A DNA stretch of 64,000 bases from NCBI GenBank assembly GCA_011109175.1, contig RDEW01000072.1, positions 62,001 through 126,000 on the forward strand. The letters run 5' to 3'. The stretch is from Dicyema japonicum. Taxonomy: Eukaryota; Animalia; Dicyemida. Below, in pieces: positions 12,154 through 23,550 of the stretch. Positions within the stretch are counted from its first letter, which is position 1. Each line of letters starts with the position of its first letter. The notes below the pieces were generated by a model. It was not told where the DNA came from. It worked only from the letters and a program-made list of their open reading frames with translations, and searched no databases. The position numbers were made by a program, and so were the translations under genes.

Positions 12154-13392
12154 CTATGAAATCTTTAGAGTGACAATAAGTGGACAATGATCGCTCACAG
12201 TGCCTCCCCATGTGCAATTATAAGGAATAAATGGGTGAATAAGACCATCCCTCACAATCGTAGCCTCTAAAAATCGCACAATACGACAACCTATCACATT
12301 TAATCCCGTCCACACATTATCATAACAAGCAGTACCACGTGGATGGGCCAAGCTTATATTGGTGTGCTCATCAAAACAGTGTTTTAACCCATTCGAATAA
12401 AAATCAGTAAACTCTACCATCTCCACAAAACATACCTTCATTATTTGGAGACAAATTGAAGTCCCCTGCTACTATTAGATTTTCTCCACAGTTGTATCCT
12501 TAAATATCAAACACATGTGACTTTTAAGGAATGTATTCTTTATTTGCCTCGCGGCGTAGACAATCTTTAAAGTTTCGTTCTTGGCTTCATTCGGCTTCAA
12601 ATGCACAGAAATCAATACAAACCTAAAATTGTTGTTCTGAATATTACTGAGCTTATAAACCAGCTCAAAAATCGTCAGAAAAGGATATCTCACCATTGGC
12701 CGTTTGCCTTGACGAAACTTTAACGGAGAGCTGGATAATAGTTTAACCATGCGGTTTCTGAAGATAACGGCCGAATATTCTTTTCCCTTTGATAAACAAC
12801 ACATGAGTTACTCTGTACATTCTGCCTATTGGTTCGCAAACATAGGAATAGCTGAAATAAATGAAAAATAACTAAAATTGTTGGACTATTTGCTTGTTGA
12901 CAGCAAAGAAGGCTCGGATTTTGGGAAACGTGGGAGAATTCAGTTCGTTGCAGATTTTGGATAGGACATTCTCTGACCCAATCTCTTGGAGAGTGAGGAC
13001 ATCAATCCTAATATATTCAAGAAAATTATCTGCCTTCGTCTAAGAATTAGAAGACACACAGTTTCCAGAACGCCTGGATTAGATATTTTGGATTCATCCA
13101 TATCCTGCATATTCCACGTGCCAATAGTGATTGTCTCAAAAGTATTGATAATTTGAGGAACACACTTTAAACTTTTTTTATCCACTTTGTAGTTGTAAAT
13201 TAGAGGACCGAACTTCATGATAAATGTGTCAGCATGATCATTGTGAAGAATTGAGAGATAATTAGGAGGTTGATTTGTGGGGGAAATCTCGGCTATATCG
13301 GCATTAATTGATTGTAACTATATTTTATTATGATTCTTTACAGGAATAGCAGTATATTGCCTCTTTCTTTTCTTAGAAAAAAAATTCCCCAT
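12154..13392 (-). CDS. EEPD1: EEPD1-like endonuclease/exonuclease/phosphatase (DNase I fold), multi-exon
   Basis: Splicing out introns 13318-13341, 13008-13033 (GC-AG), 12852-12872, 12787-12811, 12499-12521 and 12414-12435 gives one frame: MGNFFSKKRKR..IGTWNMQD..NPGVLETVC..LQEI..EPIGRMYRGKEY..SVHLK..AGDFN..YDNVW..VRDGLIHPFIPYNCTWGGTVSDHCP. Further in-frame introns are possible. Confidence 0.8.
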
Positions 13393-13532
13393 TTCTTTTA
13401 TAACAACGCCACAATAAACAAGAAATAAAAACTTACCGGTAGATTTATATTTTATTTAATTATTAATTATTTGATACATAAATTATAGCATAAATATTAA
13501 CTAAAAAATTTGATAAGGATAAATTTAGATCA

Positions 13533-13760
13533 GTCCTGGTAGCGCAGTGGTTAGTGCTGTCTTTCGCGTTCCGATTAGCCGTGCGTTTGATTCCCACCCC
13601 GCTACCTAATTGGTCAAAGCATTCCTTTCTGTTTTCGCTTTTACCAATTCCAGTGGAGGGTTCCCACAATGGCGGATATAGATGGACGTGATATTCGCCT
13701 CACTCAGACCGTGGAAACTGGATATACCTATCATATCTTTGGTTTTTAAACTAAATGAGA
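13533..13760 (+). mobile_element. tRNA-derived SINE
   Basis: A-box TAGCGCAGTGG and B-box-like GTTTGATTCC, followed by body motifs (ggagggttcccacaa, atggacgt, gtggaaactggata) shared with the 15040/27010 SINEs. Confidence 0.65.
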
Positions 13761-15039
13761 ATAGATTAAATTCCTATCGAGATTCATATTCACATTTGAC
13801 CAAAGATTCTCTTTTTGCAAGACTTGTGTAAAACCATTCGATAACATCATTTAAGAAAATAACAATTCTAAAGATCATCTTAAAAGCTTTCTGAAGTAAC
13901 GGTGGCTGTCTTTTTACTTTTTAATAATGATCAACATAAGTACATCTTTATGAACAATTTATCCCTTATCCAAGAAGCTGTTGATCAAGTCATCTCACAT
14001 ACTTTTGAAGCACACCATTTCGAACATAACAAAAACTTATAAGGACAGCCAACCTACAAAGCTGTCCTCTATATAAAATCCTTTTTCAGATACATTAAGA
14101 ACACTTTAAAATATGAGTTGTTCTCTTTATAAAATCCTTTTCAGATACATTAAGAACACTCAATGAGAAGAGAAGCGTGGAAGCCAGTCTTACTGGATTC
14201 GGCCTCCCTTTTGTCGATCTAAGATCATCTAGTGCAGTATGCAGTATCTGCAAAGTTGCATTACTTTTACTCTAAGATCTTGGTGTTTCTGTCGTTTGGA
14301 CACTAAAAGAGGACTTAGGAATAATTTCAGGTGCGATTTATAACTATATTCAGTAATGTGAAAATTCAAAAATTGGAAGAAAATTATTCATAATAGAATA
14401 TGGTTTTCATGTAAACTTAATTTTAATTGATAGCAAGTGAACTCAAAATCTCGACTTTTCTTTTTGTGATGAAATTTTTATGACATACTTCTTGAAGCTA
14501 ATTGAAAATATTTTTAGTAGAAGTAAAAAATTGTTCTATTGGGCCGCTTTGACATTCGATTGAAATGATAAACCTCACTTCCAGAACAACGAACTGAAAG
14601 TGGACGTATAAACCGTATTTCCAACAAGTCTCACTCTGTCTAATCTGTGGCAAAGCAAGCAAGTGGAAATTTGGTATTCAATGTCCCCGTTGCCCCAATT
14701 TTGAACACCTTGGGTGCTGTAATTTAACAAGAAGAACCGAACAATCTCTGCCAAATTGGTAATGTCCCTCATGCCTTGGGAATAACGGCGGACGGAAGAA
14801 GCCCTCCCATGGAATTCTCCTGGACCTATCTAATACGGATGAATGTTTACGCGTTTGAATCGTCTTGTGTCAGAGAGGATTATCCCACTCAGGATCCCAA
14901 GTTCGGTGCATCTAACAGCTGCCTCCTGTCTTTCAAAGCTAATTACCAAGACAGTCGATGACAATATTCAAATGCCTGGATACGCCTTCTCTACTTTGCA
15001 TCTCTTGTCCTCGGATCACATCCAACCGAACTGAAAGAA

Positions 15040-15361
15040 TTTAATTTAATTAATTTATTAACCCCGGATACACCGAGAAAGAAGTTAAAGTAAACAACTA
15101 ATTAAATGTATCCAGTTTCCACTTCTACAGATACAGTCCATCAGAAATCAGCATAAAGGGTAAGACGTCCATGGTTGCAGTTGTGGAAACCCCTCTAGTG
15201 GAGTGGGGAGAGCAAATGATCCTTTTTCGTGCCGGCCTGGCACTGGGCGCCACCTAGACAGGTGGATCACATGACGCCATTATAATAGGAAGAGAGGAGG
15301 AACAGATAAACAAAACAGAAACTTCAATCAATTAGCCACGAAGTACCACATAGCGCCACGC
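15040..15361 (-). mobile_element. SINE (~320 bp) with 9-bp TSD
   Basis: TSD ctgaaagaa at 15031-15039 and 15362-15370; homologous to 27010-27328; AT-rich tail on the left. Confidence 0.85.
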
Positions 15362-15989
15362 CTGAAAGAAGAGAACCTCAATTCAATCATCAAGATAAAT
15401 GCCTCTAAATACGAAATCGTTAACTGCACTGGGAAGTCATTCGATTGCTGATAATTCGCTGATAGTCTAAGTCCCCAGCTGAGCCCTACTCAACTTGGCG
15501 TTGAAATTCCTCATGATACGAAACAGTAATCCATTCAATCAGGAACTTTGCTGCCAGTCCGGCAGACACTACGAATTTTATAATAGTCAAACCAGACAAT
15601 CGCAATTCTTTCAATAGCATTCGCAGAGATAGAATCATAGAAGCTAGCATTTCCAGGATCCCGGAAATCAGCAGAATTGTGAAACTTTCATATGGTCTCC
15701 TATTTACGCTGATCTTCGGGCAACACATCATCAAATCCAAGATTCCAACAAGGTGACTCCCTTGACCCCCTGCTCTTTGCTTTGGGTATCGACTGTGCAG
15801 CATCAGCGATGAGAACTCGACTGAACCCATGGTACCTGGATGATGTGACTTCGAAAGTAATTGGGAATTTGTGGTGACAGAAGTCGAGTCCGCCATCTTT
15901 GCACTTGCTGCACTTGGATTGGAACCGAACCCGTAAAATGTGAAGTCATAAACGTTACTTGCGGAATGGAAGACTTAGACCGTGTAGAG

Positions 15990-18900
15990 CAGAGCTTTTC
16001 AAAAAATAATTCTCGCGGCACACTAATCGTAAAAAAAATAATCCACGGCACACATTAAAAAATAAAAAAATTAATTTTTTAAGATGTGTAAAACTAAGTA
16101 CAAAAATTGGTAATTTAATGCCCAAATTTTTATTAATAAAAAATGAATTCTTAATTATTATTGTTTTTGCATATATCATCAATATCATGTCGAATGGTTA
16201 ACAAAGGCACTCGCATTTCAGCACAAATCCGGCGAGAAACAGTGTTTATCTGACAAAGGTATCTTCATTATTTTTTGTTCATATTTATGACCAACATAGT
16301 CCGAGAAATAATACGACAAGCAGGGATTATCAAGTTTTCGCCAATATTGTGAGGTTTTAGTTGTTTTGCTATCACTTCTGAGATCAGGTATAAACATTTC
16401 AATGATTCCTTTGTGTTTAAAAAAGTTTCACTGAACATCATTTGACTAGATCTACGATCATAGTAAAACCAATAATACTTAATTTTTTTTTCAAATGGAT
16501 AAAATAATCCACAGATTTTTCGGAATAGTCCGGATGCTTGGAAGTAAAATTGTCTTTAGTTTGCTAAGAACCATAGCATCACTTGCCAAAATCCATGCAA
16601 ATTAGACATGAGGTAGTTTATTTTTATCTTTGCATATACATCCAAATGACATATAAGAATCTTTATAAGAACGACGAACTGATTTACCCATAAGCACGTT
16701 GATGCGCACGTTATTAACAAATTTATAAATAATGGTTAACCAATGTAATGTCATTTAATGTATAATAAAAAATGATTATTTAATTTTAGTAATGTATAAA
16801 AATGCTAGTGGAATGAACGGGAAGAAGCAATTTGATGAAGAAATACGCAATACTCTATGTTCATATGGATTTAAGAAATCGAAGAGGGGAGAATTTGAGA
16901 GAATTGCTTCCTATGTCCGTGATCAAATCAAGATAATTGAGAAGAAATTGAGAATTTATGAATCAAGAAAGGGATTTAGAAGAGCCAATTGGTGCTTCGA
17001 GTTGAATAGAAGGCGGTTATACATAAATATTAGTGGAGATAATAAGAAGGGAGTGCTGAATTTCGATGAAGGGGAATGTCTACCTTTTTGGACAACCATT
17101 TGGAATGAGAGTGATCGAAAGGAGAGCAAATTCTTGTTGAACAAGAGAGTGACTGGATCTGAAAATTCTTATGCCGATTTTACAAAGGAAGCGATCGTCG
17201 ATACTATCAAGATGCTTCCAAATTGGAAAGCGTCTGGGTGCGACGGAGTTTATAACTTCTTTATCAAAAGTTTTACTTCGATTCATGAACATCTTTGCGA
17301 GGAGATTCAGAAGATCATAAATGATGAATATACGCCTGGTGATTGGTTCTACACGGGGATAACACATCTTATACCAAAAGTGGACGTATGTAATTCACCC
17401 AAGGAGTTAAGACCAATTACTTGTATGCCTAATCTCTATAAACTATTGACAAAGTGTGTGAACAAGAAATTATCTGAATATATTGAATCGTACGATCTCT
17501 TAAGTGATAATCAATTGGGAACTCGGAGGATGTGTCAAGGAGCCAAAGAACAAGCTTTGGTGAACCAATATTTAAATCAAAGAAATGGAAGTAACTTATG
17601 TTCTACCTGGATCGATGTTAAAAAAGCATTTGATTCCGTTGACCACGAGTTTTTGGGCGAAGTGCTCCAGAATTCTGGCCTGCCTTTCTGGATTGTGAGT
17701 TTTATCACGAAACTTGTTGGGAAATGGAAGATACGACTGAATTTGGAAGGAAAAGTGTTGGGGGAGATTAGAATAAGAAGAGGAATTCTACAGGGGGACT
17801 CTCTTTCGCCACAGATCTTTGCTTTGTTAATGGACCCCCTTAGCCGAATATTGAATGGAAAATTTCCTAAAGTAACTATGGGAAGCCCGGGAAATGGAGA
17901 GCCAACATATGCCACTAATCACCTTCTGTTTATGGACGATATAAAGTTGTTTTCTCACAAAAGTGATTCAATGGTTATGATGATGGAAGAAGTTGATTCG
18001 TTTTTTGATGCAGCCGGGTTGGAGAGGAACTTTGACAAATCTGCAACAAATGTCAAGTCCTTGTCTGGGAAAGCTCGTTTCCTTGATGGATTGGATGGAT
18101 ACCGATATTTGGGAGTTCTTGAAGATAAGAACAGCAATGTTCTTAAAGGAGAAATTATGAATAAAATCTATGGAGAAGTATCTAAGCGGATCAAAAATTT
18201 GACGAAGACGGATTTAAACTCAGTGAACCTGTTTAAAGCTATGAATGAGTATGCAATCTCCCTTTACAACTATTACATTGGATTGATTGATATCGAACCT
18301 GGAGAGTTTGAACAGATTGATAAAAATATTCGCAGAATTCTTATGGACAGTCATATCCACTTGCAACCGGCAAACAAAGAAAGACTTTATCTACCAAGAA
18401 ATAAATTTGGAAGAGGCCTCGAGTCAGTCAGTAACAAAGCAGAAAGAATGCTCCTCCAATTTTATAGTGATTTGGAACATAAGGCAAATTACTGCCTAAG
18501 AAGAGCGGGAATTCTACGGGTCATTAATTCAAAGAAAATACACATGGCCACTATCGTAGAATTCATCTCAAGAAAGTACAACATTGAAAATGTGAAGGAT
18601 TTGACAATGTTGAAATTGATGGAAATACAACATGAATATCTACTGGGAAAAATTGAAGAGAAATCGCTGCACTCTATTCTATTTGAGTGTCTGAAAGATA
18701 CCGAAGTGAATATTGCTGAATCCTCAGGGTGGTTAGTTCATGGAAATCATTCTCCTGTAACCGAAGGAAGGCTGTGTCTGCTTCAGGATCGTAACATGTT
18801 TTTTGATAATGGAGAAGCCAAGTGCAAACATTGTAACTCAGGAAAGAAGACCGTTGATCACCTTGCAACTAGATGTGGGAGAATGCTGAATAGCTCGTAT

Positions 18901-19708
18901 CTCAGGCGGCATAACGAGGTGGTCAGATGTATTCACTTACACCTCTGCCGTCAATATGGAATAAGAAAAACTAAGAAACTGAAGACCCACTCAGTCCAAT
19001 CTGTTGTCTCAAATGAATTTGTGGAGATTCGTGTAGACACAACGATTAGTACAGATACGGCTGTACAGAATAACAAACCCGATATTTTCGTTCATGATAA
19101 GGTGCGTAATACGATTACTCTCGTTGAAATTGGGATCACGTCCCAAAACTGCCTCAAGCAAGTCGAGGTGGAAAAGTTCCATAAGTATGACTTACTGGCG
19201 AACGAACTCGGATGTATTCATCGCGCAAAGGTAAAAATAATCCCTGTAGTCATTACCTGGGATGGGATTGTTTCGAGATTCTTCAAGGGCCATCTGGATG
19301 CCCTCAAACTGGAGGAAAGGGTGAAAGCGTACATCCAAACGTTAGTATTGAGAAAGACGTTGGAGAGCATGCAAGCTGAAGATAGACATGGAGTATCGAT
19401 ACCTGATGAGGAGGAAGCTGATAAGGAATGTCGACCTAGGGGAGTCTCGGAATGTGGGTTGTGCGACAACGAAAACACACCTATACTGACAATTGACGTT
19501 GGCCCCAAGAAGAGGAGATTAGCTAATTAATTAATTACTTGTGACTCGTTGTTTCTTTATTTTTAAAAATTATTTAATTCGTTTATCTTTTAAATTAATT
19601 AAGTCAAAAATGTATATAAATTTATTCAAATTTGTATTTGGCAGGCGGCACACTAGAAATTGTCTTGCGGCACTTAGTGTGCCGCGGCACACCGTTTGAC
19701 AACCTCTG
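15990..19708 (-). mobile_element. Buster-type hAT, internally deleted, carrying a Dong/R4 insertion
   Basis: TIRs cagagcttttcaaa and gtttgacaacctctg; perfect 8-bp TSD gtgtagag (15982-15989, 19709-19716); gcggcac(ac) subterminal repeats; transposase N-terminal remnants at 16.2-16.7 kb (KHPDY, IAKQLKPHNIGENLIIPA, NTVSRRI). Confidence 0.9.
16792..19530 (+). CDS. Dong/R4-clade non-LTR retrotransposon protein (RT, CCHC finger, restriction-like endonuclease), 912 aa, uninterrupted
   Basis: ELNRRRLY, LRPITC, GAKEQAL, IDVKKAFDSV, GILQGDSLSP, LFMDDIK, CKHC..HLATRC, RHNEV, KPDIFVHDK..VEIGIT..K..KYD. Confidence 0.95.
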   Translation: MYKNASGMNGKKQFDEEIRNTLCSYGFKKSKRGEFERIASYVRDQIKIIEKKLRIYESRKGFRRANWCFELNRRRLYINISGDNKKGVLNFDEGECLPFWTTIWNESDRKESKFLLNKRVTGSENSYADFTKEAIVDTIKMLPNWKASGCDGVYNFFIKSFTSIHEHLCEEIQKIINDEYTPGDWFYTGITHLIPKVDVCNSPKELRPITCMPNLYKLLTKCVNKKLSEYIESYDLLSDNQLGTRRMCQGAKEQALVNQYLNQRNGSNLCSTWIDVKKAFDSVDHEFLGEVLQNSGLPFWIVSFITKLVGKWKIRLNLEGKVLGEIRIRRGILQGDSLSPQIFALLMDPLSRILNGKFPKVTMGSPGNGEPTYATNHLLFMDDIKLFSHKSDSMVMMMEEVDSFFDAAGLERNFDKSATNVKSLSGKARFLDGLDGYRYLGVLEDKNSNVLKGEIMNKIYGEVSKRIKNLTKTDLNSVNLFKAMNEYAISLYNYYIGLIDIEPGEFEQIDKNIRRILMDSHIHLQPANKERLYLPRNKFGRGLESVSNKAERMLLQFYSDLEHKANYCLRRAGILRVINSKKIHMATIVEFISRKYNIENVKDLTMLKLMEIQHEYLLGKIEEKSLHSILFECLKDTEVNIAESSGWLVHGNHSPVTEGRLCLLQDRNMFFDNGEAKCKHCNSGKKTVDHLATRCGRMLNSSYLRRHNEVVRCIHLHLCRQYGIRKTKKLKTHSVQSVVSNEFVEIRVDTTISTDTAVQNNKPDIFVHDKVRNTITLVEIGITSQNCLKQVEVEKFHKYDLLANELGCIHRAKVKIIPVVITWDGIVSRFFKGHLDALKLEERVKAYIQTLVLRKTLESMQAEDRHGVSIPDEEEADKECRPRGVSECGLCDNENTPILTIDVGPKKRRLAN

Positions 19709-20859
19709 GTGTAGAGCCTTCGATTTTACCTATCTCCGGATGTCTCGGTCACCTGACTCGAAAACGCACAACTCTCCCTGGAGAAAAAATACATTTTTTC
19801 AACAATTCACATTAAATTTAAAATCCCTGGATTCCCACACGTCTTTATTTTTCCTCGGGAATTTTCACCTTACGCCAGGGGTCCTTTTTTCTACGGATAG
19901 ACCAATGTCACTGACATGAATTTCTTAAGAGCCGTCGACAAGAAGCTGAGGACTGTTGTTGAAGAAACACTCAACATTCTTTTGATAAAACTGGCTGGAT
20001 CCAATGCAAATTACCGCTTTGGCTACGGAGGAATCGAATACGCTCACCACTAGAACCCGCCCTCTCGGCCTTTCTATTTTCGATATATGTTTCCAGTGAT
20101 CTCCTACGCTGCATTTACGGATCGGACGCTGAACGAGTGACATGCATGGCTCGGGAAGTCTGGACGCGATTGAGTGTTGGATTCCCGAAGAACGCTAATA
20201 AACAACGAGAATGAGACAAACTTTTATGCTCAAAAATCATAGACGAGATAAAAACCTGTGCTTTATCAGCATCGTCTGGGTTGTCTGGCTTTTGCATTGA
20301 CGAAACAAGATAGTGACTGGCTCAGAGCATTACCATGCACCTCACTTGAGACACTATGGATGACGTCGCACGAGGATTGGGGTTTCCGTCCGCCTTGGAA
20401 TAGATGTTTGCTCGATCCATCGCTGTAGATGTGGTGGAATGTTCGACGCGAAAGGTCTTCATGCTCTTTCCTGCCGTAGGATTGCTGGAAGGAGTCCAAG
20501 ACACGCCTCAATCGACTGAATTACTGCTTGGGACTTGAGGCTGTTGGATTTCCTGTCCAATTGGAGCCGCTTGGACTTGCCCTAGCCAACCGAAGAACTA
20601 CACTCTCCCATGGGAAAGTAATAGATACCTTGCCTGGGACGCCACCTTTGTTGATAGCCTCTCTCCCTCCAACCATTATGTATGACAGCAAGGCTGAAAC
20701 CCCAGGCTCTGCTTTGGAGAAGACTGAGACCCTAAAGTTGAATAAATACTCATGTCTTGGTGGATAGTTTTTATAATCAAATTTTAAAATGAAAAATTGA
20801 TTAAAAGTCATGGAAATTTTCGGCACCATAAAAATTATACGACATCAAATTATTATAAG

Positions 20860-23540
20860 CCAAAAATCACCATAATATTAACTAATAATAAGGGAAGGCT
20901 ATCAGGTGATCCGACGTCTCAGTCTGACTTCGTCATTTCTGATGTTTCTCTCGGGAAACGAAACATTTTTTTATTGAGACAACTCCATCCCATGTCAAAA
21001 ACCACTGAATAATCTTCACTTGACATTCATAGAGCAGCGAAAGTTCATTTGCTAGCAAGTCATATTTATGAAGTTTCTCATCTCCAACTTGCTTAGTCGG
21101 TCTTGTGAGGTAATCCCCACTTCAATTAAAGTTACTTCCTTCTTTGTTTTGTCATACACAAAAATATCAGGTTTATTGTATTGGACTTTTGTTTCTGTCA
21201 AAAATCTACGTCAACTCTAATTTCGACATTTTGATTGTCAATATTGACTGAACCGAATGTCCTTTCAATTTCCTGCTTCTTTTGATTCCATAAATTCGAC
21301 AAAGATGAAGATGGATGCACTTTACCACTTCATTATGTCTTCGAGATAATCACTATTTAGCATTTTACCACACTGAGTGGCCAAATGATCAACAGTTTTC
21401 TTGCATTTTTTACAATGGTTGCATAAGACCCCGTGTGTGCAAAAAACAAATTCCTATCTTGCAAAAGACAGTACAATGCTTCGCTCCGTGGGCCGTTATT
21501 TCTTTTGAATAACCATTCCGAGAAAGTATATAGGTCAACATTTGTTTCATCAATACATTTGAACATAATTGAGTGTAGTGTTCTGCAATAAATTTTATTT
21601 AATAAATATTTTTTCTGAGTGTCCTTGAGGACTTAATATCCATGCTTCCCTGTCGGCAATTGCTTATTTAGAGGCAAGAAATCCTGTGATTGTAGCCAAG
21701 TGCCATTTTTTTTGTTTTTATTACTCGTAGAATCCCAGACCTTCGCAAACACACAGTCGACTGTTTTTCCAAACTTTTAAGGAACTGAAAAAGAATTAAT
21801 TCGCTTTTTAATGAAATCGAGGTAAGTCCTCTTCCAAAAGTCTTCCTATCCAAATACAGCCTCTCTTTATTTGCAGGTTTGAGGTGCAACTTGAGTGACG
21901 TAAGCAGTTGCCGTATTTGTTGGTCAATATCATCAAATTCATAAGGTTAATATTAATTAATCCTATATAATAGTTATATAGGGACATTGCGTATTCATTT
22001 ATTGCACGAAATAAGTTCACAGAATTTAACTTTGTTTTTGAAAGCATGGTTATTCTTTTCTTAACATTATTTAAGTATGGACTCCAAACTTTGCTTTAAG
22101 AACATTACTTCCTTCATCTTCAAAAACACCCAAATATCAATATCCACTGACTCCTTCCAGAGTCTCACAACATGATAACGATTTTACATTAGAAATGACT
22201 TTTCCGAATTCATCTCCAAGCCGGCAACATGAAAGAAATCGCGAACAACTTTCATCATTTTAATAACAGTATCTTCTTTTAGCCCAAATATCTTTAGGTC
22301 ATCAATGAATAACAAATGATTTGTAGAATAAGTCAGTGTGACTTATTCTATCCTCCTGATTAATTTGGAGTCTTGGGAACATAGAATTAAGGGTCCTGCT
22401 CAAGGGTTCCATTACCATAACAAATAGTTGAGGGGATAATGAATCTCCTTGCAGAATTCCACGTCCCAGTTTTACAGAACCAATTCTTCTTCCATCTAAG
22501 TGGAGATTTACAGTCCACTTCTTGACTATGGTCTTTACAAAGTTAACAATCCAACGGGGTATTCCTGAACAATCCAATACATGAAATAAAAATTCATAAA
22601 ATAAAAAAATAAAAGTTTCCATACTCCTTATTTAAGCATTGATTAATAAGGGCCTGTTCCTTAGCGCCCTGACAATGTTTCCTCGTTCCCAGCTGATTGT
22701 CAGATAATAGACCAAACGAATCCACAAAATCTGAGAGTTTGGAATTAATACATTTGGTAATAAGTTTATATAAAGTTGGCATACACGTTATAGGACGTAA
22801 GTCTTTAGGAGTCTCACAATCATCCTTTTTAGGAATTAAATAGGTTATTCCAGTATAAAACCAACTTTCAGGCATATATTCCCCATTAATAATTCGGTTA
22901 ATCTCATTACATAAAAAGCCATGTAAAGATTCCATTTTCTTAATAAAGAAGTTATATGAGCCATCCACACTCCTTCTAATCGAGGAGCCTTTTAATAACA
23001 TCCAGGATAAACTCATTTGTGAACTCTGGCAACATGCCTTCAATACCAGTATTTACTTTACCCACACTGTCATATGGCACGTGCATCTCTTTTCTTTTAG
23101 ACCACACTTTATCCCAGAACGACATACAATCCTCATCATCGAAACCATATAACGTTACTTCATTGCTTGCTGATAGGTTCCGATAAAATCTTCTTCGATT
23201 TAATTCAAAACAACAGTTGTCCTTGCGAAAGTCCTTCCTCGAATGATGTACAGCTATTTGCTTCTTCTTAATTCTTACAAGGTCACATAGTAGAGCCTCA
23301 ATCCTGGCAACCTCCCTTTTTTGGCCCTTTTGTATCCATAGGCACAAAGAACATCCATAACCTTTTGTTTTTCATACACAGGAGAGCTTGCCTGGAAAAA
23401 GCGATTGACAAGTTCTAGTTCTGCCATCAGCTTTGAGATTTTTTTTTAGTGTTCTCCAACCACGTACTTTGCGGTTTAACCTTCGCAGTTAAAGCCATAT
23501 AAGCACACTGTGCAGCATATAGAATATCAGTAATTTGATT
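20860..23540 (-). mobile_element. Decayed Dong/R4 retrotransposon (main body)
   Basis: ELNRRRFY, LRPITCMP, CQGAKEQAL, GILQGDSLSPQLF, PANKERLYL and CLLQDRNLFF spread over frameshifted ORFs. Confidence 0.92.
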
Positions 23541-23550
23541 ATTTATTTAT

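Larger units (their letters stand above)
14600..20765 (+). mobile_element. Decayed CRE-clade RLE retrotransposon interrupted by a SINE and a hAT/Dong nest
   Basis: PHD-like Cys cluster near 14.65 kb; LSPTQLGV, NSFNSIRRD, QQGDSLDPLLFAL and WYLDD at 15.48-15.85 kb. Resumes after 19716 with GYGGIGIRS, HRCRCG..HALSCRRIAGRSPRH, WDATFVDSL and KLNKYSCL. Confidence 0.85.

Noticed and set aside
16791-19616. aatgtata as TSD of the Dong insertion
   Set aside because: An 8-bp AT-rich match is expected by chance here, so the boundaries are left undefined.
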